In this document: positions 29,836 through 39,599 of the stretch, one piece after another | Layout of the letters: each line of letters starts with the position of its first letter | Position numbering within the stretch: position 1 is the first letter of the stretch | Assembly: GCA_963719035.1 (NCBI GenBank) | Contig: CAVRAO010000002.1 | Coordinates: 256,001-320,000 of the forward strand | Source: Methanobacteriota archaeon | Lineage (GTDB): Archaea; Halobacteriota; Bog-38; Methanoflorentales; Methanoflorentaceae | Reading direction: 5' to 3' | Length of the DNA stretch: 64,000 nucleotides | The notes under the pieces: model-generated | Told to the model about the DNA's origin: nothing | Database searches by the model: none | Seen by the model: the letters and a program-made list of their open reading frames with translations, nothing else | Program-made: the position numbers and the translations under genes

Positions 29836-30339
29836 TTACCGTGAGAAGCGTTCCACCTTCACAGGGTCAATAATCGCGTCAATCAAAAAGTCAAATGGTA
29901 ACGTTGTAGTCCACCCCACCTGTTCAAACATGTTCATAAAAGAGACGCCGATCACGGTTCCTTCCGGTAGCAGTACACGTTGAAGGAAGGACGAAACCTC
30001 CTCACGGCTTACAGGTGAAATAGGCATCGCTAATCCCCCTAAGACAACGACTACCTTAGCTTTTTCAATCTCGACATGATCTCCGAACTGTATACCAATG
30101 TTTTCGACAGGCACCACAGTCGTAGCTAAACTCAAATCAAGATTAGGCACAAATACTTGCTTTATATCTAGCTTCCTTATCGTATATGCAAGTAACTCAA
30201 TGAAAGGCGTGCAAACTCCGGGCAAACCGACGTACACTATTCTATCTTCGTCGCGTAAGCCAAGTGGTTCGATAATGCCCTTGAATGGTCGCGAAATTCC
30301 TGAAACGCCTTTGGAGGTATCAATAATCGTTCTTTCCAT
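29836..30339 (-). CDS. DUF2124-like protein
   Basis: GLPGVCTPFIELLAY, LGGLAMP, FMNMFEQVGW, FDFLIDA. Confidence 0.75.
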   Translation of the reverse strand: MERTIIDTSKGVSGISRPFKGIIEPLGLRDEDRIVYVGLPGVCTPFIELLAYTIRKLDIKQVFVPNLDLSLATTVVPVENIGIQFGDHVEIEKAKVVVVLGGLAMPISPVSREEVSSFLQRVLLPEGTVIGVSFMNMFEQVGWTTTLPFDFLIDAIIDPVKVERFSR

Positions 30340-30536
30340 ATATCCACCTGCTAATGCAATAAGATGAGATTTACCACGCGCACTAATAAAGGTAAGGTAT
30401 TACATTGGTCTTGGCACTTTAAAGATGGACCAATGGATGTTTTTCTCAACTGCATCAAAAAAAGGGGGGAGCTTTCAGCTAGACTTTACTCCCGTACCGT
30501 TTTTCAGTACAATCTCGTCTAACTATCCGATATTTC

Positions 30537-30867
30537 TTACGGCGACATTACGTGTGTTGAGTTCACTGGAAGTCTGAAAATTGTATAGCGCTTGCCTGCA
30601 AGCCCAGTAGCGAGTGCTTGCGTAATACTCTCTGCCTTCGCCTCTTTCACAACCATGTTAACCTGTATAGCCCTCTCAGTATGGTCTCGTATCGCCTCGA
30701 TGGCCATTTCAGCTTCCTCTTTGATAACAAAGCCAGCCCAGTTCTGAGGGGAGACGCCCCGGTACCTCGATACAATAAAACCCCGTTACGCTCTGTTCGG
30801 TAAGGATATTTACAGTCCTTCCAAGGGTTTCATAATCTACAAAAACGTTTAAAAGGACTTTTGGCAC
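30537..30867 (-). CDS. MJ1244-family (PII-like) protein; split in the ORF track by one extra base at about 30765
   Basis: Removing one base gives VPKVLLNVFVDYETLGRTVNILTEQSVTGFYCIEYRGVSPQNWAGFVIKEEAEMAIEAIRDHTERAIQVNMVV...; GGAG SD upstream. Confidence 0.7.
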
Positions 30868-31112
30868 GCAGTCACGCTCCTTCAGGTTTGAGATCAATGG
30901 CTATATGCAACTTGTTCTATATGTTTTCTCCCTTGAAGGAAGGGGGGGGAATTGCTTGAGCGATCGCGCGATAGTCGAACTAACTTGTGATCGTCTCGTG
31001 ACGTTGGCTTAAGTATGAAGCTTTTCCATTTGACAACCCGCTTTCTATCATTTACAGGCTAAAACCGGCTTTTTTACAGTAACGTTAAATAAGTATATAT
31101 CGGAGTGAGAGC

Positions 31113-31382
31113 ATGGATCGCGAAATCGTTATTTCGGTAAGTGTTAGAGCCGTCGGATACGACAAAGAAACGTTAACGCTCGAAATTGAGTTCTGCGATT
31201 CAAGTATTTATCAGTTTTTTGAAGTGCCTGAAGAGGTTTATAGCGGGTTTTTGGTATCCATGGGCTTGAATCTAGAAAAAACTGACCTGAATTACTTTTC
31301 AAAACACATAAAAGGACAGTACAAACAGAAGACGGTGCGTAGGCCACGATTAAATCTTTTTAAGAGCGTTTTAGATACATAG
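31113..31382 (+). CDS. KTSC domain protein (copy 1)
   Basis: SVRAVGYDKETLTLEIEF..SIYQF..VPEEVY...YF..HIKGQY. Confidence 0.88.
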   Translation: MDREIVISVSVRAVGYDKETLTLEIEFCDSSIYQFFEVPEEVYSGFLVSMGLNLEKTDLNYFSKHIKGQYKQKTVRRPRLNLFKSVLDT

Positions 31383-31725
31383 AAACTGCAATACGGGCTC
31401 AGAGCGTATCGCCACTACCTGACACGGTCCGAGCAACTGGAAATGCTCAGCAAACATGAGTAAAAGTCAAGCATCTAAAGTTTAACTTAAGTACCGGCCT
31501 CATGTATACTTATATTCCTGAATCCAGCCCCTTCCAGTCAACGTAGCCCTATGGTTCTCCTCGAAGTATTTTATCTCTATCGGAGTGTCAACAGCGAAAC
31601 GTTCTAAGCTTAATTAGCGATTAGCAGGCGGCCCACCGACACGAACGCAGATTAAACACCCAACAAGTGCTCACAAGGCATTACGGTTAATGTTGCTGAA
31701 GCTGTCTACAATACGTGTGTGAATT

Positions 31726-32145
31726 ATGAATAAGCAAACAATTCTGTTCCTGTGCACGCACAACGCCGCACGCTCGCAGATGGCTGAAGGGTTCGTTAAC
31801 GCACAGTTCTGTGATCGATATAAAGCACACAGCGCGGGGAATGAACCAACTGAGGTGCATCCGTGCGCTGTCGAGGTGATGGCCGAGCTTGGCATCGACA
31901 TTTCTAGACAGCGCGCAAAATCATTAAGCGAGTTTGATGATGCGCTAATTGATTATGTTGTTACCATGTGTGCTGACGCCGCGGAGAACTGCCCAGTCTT
32001 TCCGGGTGCAACGACTTATCTCCACCATCCCTTTGACGATCCGGCCGCAGGTGCCGGATCAGGTCCCCAGCAATGTGCGCCTTTCAGATACGTGCGTGAC
32101 CGAATCGGAGAGTGGATCGAGGCCACATTTTCCCATAATCCGTGA
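31726..32145 (+). CDS. arsC: Arsenate reductase (LMW-PTP fold)
   Basis: FLCTHNAARSQMAEG, SAG, VVTMC, CPVFPG, FDDP. Confidence 0.88.
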   Translation: MNKQTILFLCTHNAARSQMAEGFVNAQFCDRYKAHSAGNEPTEVHPCAVEVMAELGIDISRQRAKSLSEFDDALIDYVVTMCADAAENCPVFPGATTYLHHPFDDPAAGAGSGPQQCAPFRYVRDRIGEWIEATFSHNP

Positions 32146-32189
32146 GCCTCTAGCTATATCAGTTGAACCCCCCTGTCGACATTCTCGAT

Positions 32190-32933
32190 TTAAAACAATA
32201 CGTTTACCGGCACCCCCTCCCTCTCGAAGCCTTTCTTCAACTCGTCGCCTTTTTCAGCAAAGAACCGATCCTCGGTCGCCCACTCCATGTTGTTTTGCCG
32301 GTAGATGCGGTTTGCATAGTGGTAGTTCAGCCGGTCCACCAGGACGAAATCAACAGCACCAGCAAGTTCGCCAGGCAGCCTTTCAGCTCCGGGCAGGAGC
32401 GGAGCGATCATGACGAAAGTCTTAATCCCTTCGGCATGAAGCGATTTCAAGGCATTGATCCGTTCCTTGATCATGGTGGCCCCTGGTTCAAAGATCCGCC
32501 GGATCTTTTCCTCAGCCGTAGTGATGGAAAAGCCGACCTCTACTTTGCCAGATGTTTTAAGGATGTCGATATCGCGCAGCACGAGAGGGGACTTGGTCTG
32601 AATCGTTACCGGCCAATCGCTCCCTAAAAGGATTTCAAGACATTTCCGGGTCAGTAGGTAATTCTTCTCTGCAGGTTGATACGGATCGCATACACCGCTT
32701 ACCCAGACCCTCCCCATTGGCTTCCTTGTTATTTCCTTCGCTAGCACCTCCGGGGCATTGATCTTGACGTCTACAAACTCGCCCCATGGTTCCCGGTGAC
32801 CGGTGAACCGCTTCATGAATGCAGCGTAACAATATCTGCAGGCATGGCTGCATCCCCTATACGGGTTCACGGCGTAATCATAGACCTGGGATTTCGAAAG
32901 GACGGATTTTGCAGATATTTCTTGGATCTTCAT
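32190..32933 (-). CDS. Radical SAM protein, spore-photoproduct-lyase-like family
   Basis: NPYRGCSHACRYCYA, VDVKINAPE, DPYQPAE, QTKSPLVLRD. Confidence 0.88.
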   Translation of the reverse strand: MKIQEISAKSVLSKSQVYDYAVNPYRGCSHACRYCYAAFMKRFTGHREPWGEFVDVKINAPEVLAKEITRKPMGRVWVSGVCDPYQPAEKNYLLTRKCLEILLGSDWPVTIQTKSPLVLRDIDILKTSGKVEVGFSITTAEEKIRRIFEPGATMIKERINALKSLHAEGIKTFVMIAPLLPGAERLPGELAGAVDFVLVDRLNYHYANRIYRQNNMEWATEDRFFAEKGDELKKGFEREGVPVNVLF

Positions 32934-33226
32934 TCAGTTCCATCATATTTGGTGCGAGATTCGCATTATAATGTTTATCAGTGAAGTCGTTGCAACACGC
33001 TGTGAACCACAAAAGGTGCAGTACCTGTATGTCACACCGAATTACAAATTTTTTAGCTTGGAGGGCGCAAAAGTCTCTGTAGGCGATCACAAACATTAAT
33101 CTAAGGCACGCGCGATATAATTATCATGCTAGCTGTTAATCAACTGCGTGATCTGTCCATAGACTCGCCAGAATCCGGGCTGCTGGAGATCCATCGCAGC
33201 AAAATCGCTTCAGAATGGCCGGAGCA

Positions 33227-34048
33227 TCAAAGGTGAAATCTCAGATGGGTTCCTGCAGCAGTCAGCGTGCAGTCTACGTATTTGCCTATCAATTCGGCAA
33301 CTTTACATCCTGTGCAGTGTGATGCTGCGACGAACTCCACACCTCGTTCGCGCAGGAATAATGCAAGTGCCCTCACATCACGTTGAGACGCGTTCACGAG
33401 ATGCAAACCACCGACTATACCGTAGAGCGGTTTGTCAGTCATCGCTTCTACCTGCTGAATCGTGTTTCGGACGCCCGCGTGTGCACAGCCTAACAATAAT
33501 AATGCTTTCTTAGACCCTTCAACGACTACTGCAACCTCATCGAGAACGTTGTCGATCACTCTGCCGGCAGCGTCGAGCGATAGACCTGTTAAACGTTGAT
33601 CAGCAGCGAACGGTCGAGCGATCTGCCCAGTCGTCCATATCCCTTCTAATACCTCGTGTGGATCGTTATCGAAGTGAACCTCAACACCCTCGCGCTCCAA
33701 TTCCTCTTTGGCAAAGGGCGCGCTGACGTTACGAACATTATTTATTCCCTTTAACGAGAATCGCTGCGTAAAAACATCGCTGTGCGCGAAAATAGCCGTC
33801 TTTGGGAAAATGCGTGAAAAGGTTATCAGGCCGCCGGTATGGTCGTAATGACCGTGGCTTAAAACGATGGGGGGAGAATGAAACGTGGTGCCAAGAACGT
33901 GTGCATTGTGAACAGCAGATATGCCTTGACCAACGTCAAAGAGAAGTTGTTGCTCATCCCTTTCAAGCAGGATAGACAGCCCATGTTCGGCAAGCAATCC
34001 CTTTTTATTGACGGTGTTATCTGAAAGCAGCGTGATTTCGACGTCCAT
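33227..34048 (-). CDS. MBL-fold hydrolase (family annotated as methanopterin-precursor synthase)
   Basis: AEHGLS, FDVGQ, SHGHYDHTGG, GCAHAG, GGLHL, SHCTG. Confidence 0.85.
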   Translation of the reverse strand: MDVEITLLSDNTVNKKGLLAEHGLSILLERDEQQLLFDVGQGISAVHNAHVLGTTFHSPPIVLSHGHYDHTGGLITFSRIFPKTAIFAHSDVFTQRFSLKGINNVRNVSAPFAKEELEREGVEVHFDNDPHEVLEGIWTTGQIARPFAADQRLTGLSLDAAGRVIDNVLDEVAVVVEGSKKALLLLGCAHAGVRNTIQQVEAMTDKPLYGIVGGLHLVNASQRDVRALALFLRERGVEFVAASHCTGCKVAELIGKYVDCTLTAAGTHLRFHL

Positions 34049-34059
34049 CTATGCGTTAA

Positions 34060-34151
34060 CCCCTCCTTATTAAGCGTGTTAACCTGATCGATAATCTCGT
34101 TCTATCTTCGAGCAGGCGCTTGACCTTGCGCAGGGTCTCTTCAGCGTCCAT
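34060..34151 (-). pseudogene. Remnant of a DUF6788-protein paralog N-terminus
   Basis: MDAEETLRKVKRLLED/NEIIDQVNTLNKE (one frameshift) aligns to DADDKLYKVKKLLDESNEIVDRIKSLKAE of 35854..36255. Confidence 0.6.
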
Positions 34152-34356
34152 CGCATTGGCAAAGGTCCAATTCCTTCGCTGGAGGCCTTTTACGCATTAG
34201 CTTAGTTTTACTTAACGCTACATCAATAAGAAGGTAGCAAGCGCGCTCAATGATCCTCGCATCATCAACGTGAGAAGAATATAAAAACGATCACTTGTCT
34301 TTATCATCCCAGAATGAAGGGTTTTTTCTGGCCTGGCGATTCACGCAAATGTTTGT

Positions 34357-35574
34357 TTAGCGATGTCTCGCCCGCGAGTATGCAAAGATAGTAGCTATTA
34401 ACGCGATCGCAAGGAATGCACCTTCTACGCCGAATCCAGGCGTTGACGTTTGTGATGCTGCACTCGTGAGGTTAGATGACTGCGTGGATGCTGTAGATGC
34501 AGAAGGAGATGATGAAGCTGCATTGGTTACTCCTATGTCCGTATACTTCTCAAAAGGCTGAACCAATGGGTACTTATCGCCAGACACGGAAGCGGCGCTA
34601 CCAATCCCTGTCCCATTGGCGTCACTACCCTTGTAATCTGAGAAGTAGTTGCCCATATACCCGATATGTGTCGCACCGCCAAACGTGTAAGGGAGCTGCT
34701 GTGGCGAGTTCAACACGATCCCTTGCACATCGCTTATGGAGTTTGGCTGGCTCACGAAGTTATTTAGGTAGATCTGGTCCCCGGTCTCCGTGATAGAGAG
34801 AATCCCCAGGTTAACGTTCCCGCTGACGGTGTTAAAGGTGAGTGTGTTATTGTTCGACTCGCGGAGCCGGACGCCGATGTCTTGGTTGTTGAGTATAGAG
34901 TTGTTGGTAATCGTGTTGCCGGATGAGTGATAGAGTGAGATGCCAAAGACGTGGTTGGCACTAAGGTTGGTGTGGGTGATCGTGTTGGTGTCGGAGTAGT
35001 ACATATAGATGCCATCGCCGAGCGTCTTTCCATCACCTTGCTCGCCCGTTGCAATGTTACTCGATATAGTGTTGTTTGACGCGTTATCACAGTAAACGCC
35101 ATATCCGTTATCGGCAAGATTGCTTGAGCTCACCTCGCAATTCGTAGCGCCATCGAGATAGATGGCGCGATCGTTTGCGTGAGCGCTGATGCCAGTTACA
35201 ACACATGCTGAACTGTGATCGACGTGAACACCCGAGGCGCCCGTCGCTCCTGTGATTGTCAATCCTTCTAGGCGAACGTTCTTCGCTTGCACGAGAAACA
35301 CATCTTTGCTCGGATCTGCCGCGGCAACTACAACTGATCCTGGACTGGCGGCCTTAATGGTGACTGACTTCGTCACGATTACATTCTCGGTGTAAGTGCC
35401 GGCACTAATGGTGATCGTGTCGCCGGGTTGGGCGGTGTTGATCGCTCCAGTGATGGATGTGTATTGACCTCCTGAGCCAACATTTAGCGCGGCGCCGTTA
35501 ACTGAAACAGCGAGAGTGCATAAGAGTAAACATAAGACTAAAATGCTTAAAAGAGGGGCTGCAATCTTATTCAC
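34357..35574 (-). CDS. Secreted NosD/right-handed beta-helix cell-surface protein with PGF-CTERM anchor
   Basis: Signal peptide, YTSITGAI..GDTITISAGTYTENV, repeated GI-x-L/Y..S-NNTI coils, Ser/Thr linker, TPGF + TM + RARHR. Confidence 0.88.
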   Translation of the reverse strand: MNKIAAPLLSILVLCLLLCTLAVSVNGAALNVGSGGQYTSITGAINTAQPGDTITISAGTYTENVIVTKSVTIKAASPGSVVVAAADPSKDVFLVQAKNVRLEGLTITGATGASGVHVDHSSACVVTGISAHANDRAIYLDGATNCEVSSSNLADNGYGVYCDNASNNTISSNIATGEQGDGKTLGDGIYMYYSDTNTITHTNLSANHVFGISLYHSSGNTITNNSILNNQDIGVRLRESNNNTLTFNTVSGNVNLGILSITETGDQIYLNNFVSQPNSISDVQGIVLNSPQQLPYTFGGATHIGYMGNYFSDYKGSDANGTGIGSAASVSGDKYPLVQPFEKYTDIGVTNAASSSPSASTASTQSSNLTSAASQTSTPGFGVEGAFLAIALIATIFAYSRARHR

Positions 35575-35853
35575 AAGGAGCCATCTCGGGAGAATACTTT
35601 TTTTTCGAAACTCTTGAAATTATTACGCGTTAGATTCCTAGCTCGCCTAATTGGAAAGACCCCAATACGAGCAAACTGTTACGCACGAACTCAGTATCGC
35701 TCTGACCATATAAGTCTTACCCAGATGAGATATCTTAATACAGTTATCAGGTTAAGAAGTAATATATTCATAAACGCTATATAATTTAGCATAATTCAAA
35801 AGCGAGAAGAAGCATCGCCAAAGTGCTTTCAGTACGGGACAAGGATCGGTTAA

Positions 35854-36255
35854 ATGAAAATTGAAGATGTGCTTGAAGACGCCGACGACAAATTATACAA
35901 GGTAAAGAAGCTGCTGGACGAAAGCAACGAGATCGTTGACCGAATCAAGTCCCTTAAAGCCGAAAGAGCGCAGCTAAAACCTCTCCCTGGCTCACTTCGC
36001 AGGCGAATGATAAAGTGTGGCAAAAAGAGCTGCAGGTGTAGGAAAGGACAACTGCACGGCCCGTACTGTTATTTTGCGCCGTCAAAATGCCGAGGAAAAT
36101 GGCAATATATATCGGTAGAGGATCTAAAAAAAGTTGAACAAGGCGTTGCAGACTGGAAAAAACAGCAAAAAATTGATACAGAGCTAAAAGATGTCTCGGC
36201 GCGCCTAAAAGAGATAAGAGGTGAAGTGATAGAGCTCATCCCAGCGGCTGAGTGA
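35854..36255 (+). CDS. DUF6788-like Cys/His protein with coiled coils
   Basis: GSL..RMIKCGKKSCRCRKGQLHGPYCY. Confidence 0.78.
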   Translation: MKIEDVLEDADDKLYKVKKLLDESNEIVDRIKSLKAERAQLKPLPGSLRRRMIKCGKKSCRCRKGQLHGPYCYFAPSKCRGKWQYISVEDLKKVEQGVADWKKQQKIDTELKDVSARLKEIRGEVIELIPAAE

Positions 36256-36370
36256 TAAACCACGGTAATAACACTCCAGCAGTCCTAACCAGCCTTTAAT
36301 CGGTTGCTGCATTTTTACCGATATTCTTACATTGCAAAAAGTTTAATAGCTTATAGATCAGAGTAAGATC

Positions 36371-36640
36371 GTGAATCGTGAAATAGTCGTCTCCGTCAGC
36401 GTTAGAGCGGTCGGATACGACAAGGACACATCAACGCTCGAAATTGAATTCTGTGATTCGAGTGTCTTTCAGTATTCAAAAGTGCCTGAGGAGGTCTACG
36501 CGGGCTTTATGGATTCTTTAGGCTTGAACCTTGAAAAAACGGACCTGCAATACTTCGCCAAAAAAATCAAGGGGCACTACAAACAAAAGGTCGTGCGAAG
36601 GCCGCGGCTTAACCTCTTCAAAGGCGTTTTTGATACTTAA
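36371..36640 (+). CDS. KTSC domain protein (copy 2)
   Basis: 69/89 aa identical to 31113..31382 by manual comparison. Confidence 0.88.
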   Translation: MNREIVVSVSVRAVGYDKDTSTLEIEFCDSSVFQYSKVPEEVYAGFMDSLGLNLEKTDLQYFAKKIKGHYKQKVVRRPRLNLFKGVFDT

Positions 36641-36723
36641 GCGCAAAACCTACCGCAACTTTTTTTCCCTGACATATCTCAAAGCGTATTACTTCGTGGT
36701 TTGGTCAATATAATGGTGTGACG

Positions 36724-37586
36724 TTATTTCTGTGTTCTTTCGGCAAATCGTTGCCAGAGCGCTTTGATTTCCTCAGATGCTCGACTGTCTGTGTAAGCTG
36801 TTACAGGGGTGTGATGTAGAAGAGCACGCACGACGCTGCGATCGTGCTGAATCTTGCCTAAGACTTCTATACCTTCAGTCTTGACAGAATTGTAGTTATG
36901 TCTTGCGTGTTACCTTTATGCAAGTCACATTGATTTACGCACACGTACGTGGGCACGCTAAAGTGCTTGCATACAGACAGCACGCGTTTCATGTCGGATA
37001 TAGCAGAGAGACTCGGCTCTGTGACAATGAGTGCGGCCGTTGCACCGTTAATCGATGCAATCACAGGGCACCCCATACCGGGAGGGCCGTCAATAATGAT
37101 GCACTCTCGATTGGTATCGCGTGCAATCTCCTCGGCGGTCTGCCGGACAAGCGTAACAAGTTTGCCAGAGTTCGCCTCGCCTGGTTCAAGCTGCGCGTGA
37201 ACAAGAGGCCCATAGGCACCGTATGAAACGCACAACTGCCCTGAGTAGACCTCTTGCATCGTGATTGCTTCTTGTGGACAGACACGAGAGCAGACGCCGC
37301 ATCCCTCGCATAAGAAGTAATTAACAGTGCCTTCTTGTATTGCGTTAAAATGGCACGTCTCGCCGCAAAGCCCACATTGCGTGCACAATGTGAGATCAAC
37401 AAAAGCTTTTTGGGAAGCTCTGAATTGCTCCGACACGGTTGTCTGCCCGTCGAGGAGGAGGCTTAAATCGGCAGCATCGACATCACAATCGGCAAAAACA
37501 GCGTTCTTCGCCAAAACTGCAAGTGACGCTACAATTGACGTCTTGCCGGTGCCACCTTTCCCGCTGATAACAGTGAATGTCTTCAA
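36724..37586 (-). pseudogene. MinD-superfamily P-loop ATPase with inserted ferredoxin domain (frameshifted near 3' end)
   Basis: SGKGGTGKT, DCDVDAAD, two CxxCxxCxxxC motifs, DGPPGMGCP, VTEPS; C-terminus EGIEVLGKIQHD...EIKALWQ continues in another frame. Confidence 0.75.
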
Positions 37587-37632
37587 AGGTTAGCTGTCTC
37601 CCTCCGATCAACGTACTGCATTATCCGCCGGC

Positions 37633-38481
37633 TCACCCGTCCACCAGCTTTCTTATGTCATAGTAAAGTGCGCGGAACCGCTCGGGGTATTCGGCGAGCG
37701 ACCCTATTGCAGGCTTACCTTGGGCATACGCTATTGTCAGTTGTTTGACATATGGGATCCTCATCACTATAGGCAGTCCTTCCTTCAGGCAGTAATTCTC
37801 TACCGCGCTGTCCCCATATCAGCGCGGTTGATGATGACACCCATCCGAAGATCTAGCTTTCGTGCGAGCTTGACAGCGAGTGTGAGGTCATGTAACCCAA
37901 AAGGTGTGGGCTCGGTAACAAGCAGGCAGATATCACTTCCCTCTATTGCGTCGACGACAGGACACGATGTACCCGGCGGCGCGTCTACGATAACGAACGC
38001 ATCGTCTGGCACCCTTCGTTTTAAGAGCTATGAATAATCGGCGTCGAGAAACCTTCATGCGGAGAGAGTTTTCCTTGACATTGAACGCAATGTTACCGGC
38101 GTGACCACACTCTAAGAGACCGATCTTGTGTTCTTTTCTCCCTATAGCGTGCTCAGGACAAAAGAGCTCACACCCGCCACAATCGTGACAGAGGTCAGGA
38201 AATACGAGAACACGATCTTTTACGATGGCGAGCGCTTTGAACGCACAAATGTCTGCACACGTTCCACAAAACGTGCATCGCGTGCTGTCGACCGTAGGGC
38301 AGGCTGCGACGATGGGCTCGTAGTATGTAAGTTGTGGTTTTAAAAACAGGTGCGCATTGGGAGCTTCCACGTCACAGTCAAAAAACTGGACTTCGCAGTC
38401 GCGCTCCATCGCAAGCGCAAGGTTGGTGGCTATAGTCGTCTTGCCTGTGCCTCCCTTCCCGCTTGCAACTGATACAATCAT
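37633..38481 (-). pseudogene. Second MinD-ferredoxin ATPase paralog, multiple frameshifts
   Basis: ASGKGGTGKT, DCDVEAPNAHLF, CTFCGTC, CHDCGGC, DAPPGTSCP, VTEPTPFGLHDL spread over several frames. Confidence 0.78.
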
Positions 38482-38505
38482 ATTTGCGCGAGCATCAGCA
38501 GGTTC

Positions 38506-38877
38506 TTATCGTTTCACTCGTGAGAGCAGTCGTCGTGATGGGACAGCCCATGCTTCACACGTGCTTACGCCAGGCTCCAGTGCTCCCTGAACATATTGCT
38601 CTGCGACAAGCTCAATGGGCCCTGTCACGCCAAGCACAGCTTCGATTCCCGCTTTGTCAAAGAGCTCCTGAGCCTTTACGCCCATGCCACCAGCGATGAT
38701 TACGTTCACGCCTTGCTCGTGGAGGTATCCAGGAAGAAAGTTTGGTCTGTGGCCAGGATTGTTTATGATTTCTTTTTGACGTATGCTGTCCTGTTCAATC
38801 GTGTATATCGTGTATTCTGGGCAATGTCCGAAGTGCTGGCACACTGCCTCATTCTCTGTCGCAATAGCTACTTTCAT
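38506..38877 (-). CDS. NifB/NifX family (FeMo-co biosynthesis-like) protein; C-terminal tail probably frameshifted
   Basis: MKVAIAT, HFGHCPEY, NPGH, VIIAGGMG; removing one base near 38555 gives tail CEHGLSHHDDCSHE. Confidence 0.8.
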   Translation of the reverse strand: MKVAIATENEAVCQHFGHCPEYTIYTIEQDSIRQKEIINNPGHRPNFLPGYLHEQGVNVIIAGGMGVKAQELFDKAGIEAVLGVTGPIELVAEQYVQGALEPGVSTCEAWAVPSRRLLSRVKR

Positions 38878-38889
38878 GTGTTGCCTCCT

Positions 38890-39189
38890 TCCCGTAGTCA
38901 CTCGAGTGCATTCAGAAATTATTCCTGCCTTAGTTATTTGTACGGCGATTAGCGCTTTTTAGTACCTGTTGGGCATGTGGCCCAACTTCACCGGTAAGAC
39001 GATTTGCACGTCATGATCGACAGCAAATGTGACGGCTGAGCGTGCTCGTGATCTCGAGGCATAGTTGTTGGCGAATGCCACGAAATCTCCTGTTGACGAA
39101 TCCCAGATTATGAAAAAACGACAACGCCCAAAACGAGGGTCTATCGGTGCGGTAATTTCGTTCCCATATGCTGTGACTAAGACTCTCAT
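38890..39189 (-). pseudogene. NifB/NifX family protein, frameshifted
   Basis: IDPRFGRCRFFII; TGEVGPHAQQVL in another frame. Confidence 0.7.
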
Positions 39190-39199
39190 TGCTATTCCT

Positions 39200-39573
39200 G
39201 CCCTACCGTTTCGTCGCCCTGCGCTTCGTGGTTATTATATTCACGTCTAGCCGATTCAAGTGTCGCTCTGATTGCACCGCCCTCGTGCCGTCCATCTCGT
39301 CTGCTTCACTGGGGTAATCAAGATCCACTAACTCGCGGCCTCATCGTTTGCAAAAAAGCCTACAGAACGGAGACCAGTGCGTGCCCATCGCGACAACCCT
39401 GTCATTAAGTATTGCCATCGGTGACCCCTACAATGCCCAGAACCACAGTCTTGTTGGGCTCGTGAACAGCGGGGTAAGACTTCTATATTCGTAGCACAGC
39501 TGCCGTGATAGCCGTATCTTCTGTTCATAAAACTGCCAACTGCTGCAGATCTTCCTCGACCTTCGTTAGACAT
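39200..39573 (-). pseudogene. DUF5320-like protein remnant
   Basis: CRGHRWQYLMTGLSRWAR resembles the G-R-G-x-R-x-W-Y-x-x-T-G-L-P-G-W pattern; usual position in this operon type. Confidence 0.45.
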
Positions 39574-39599
39574 TGTGCGTCACATCCTTTCGTGGGGTT

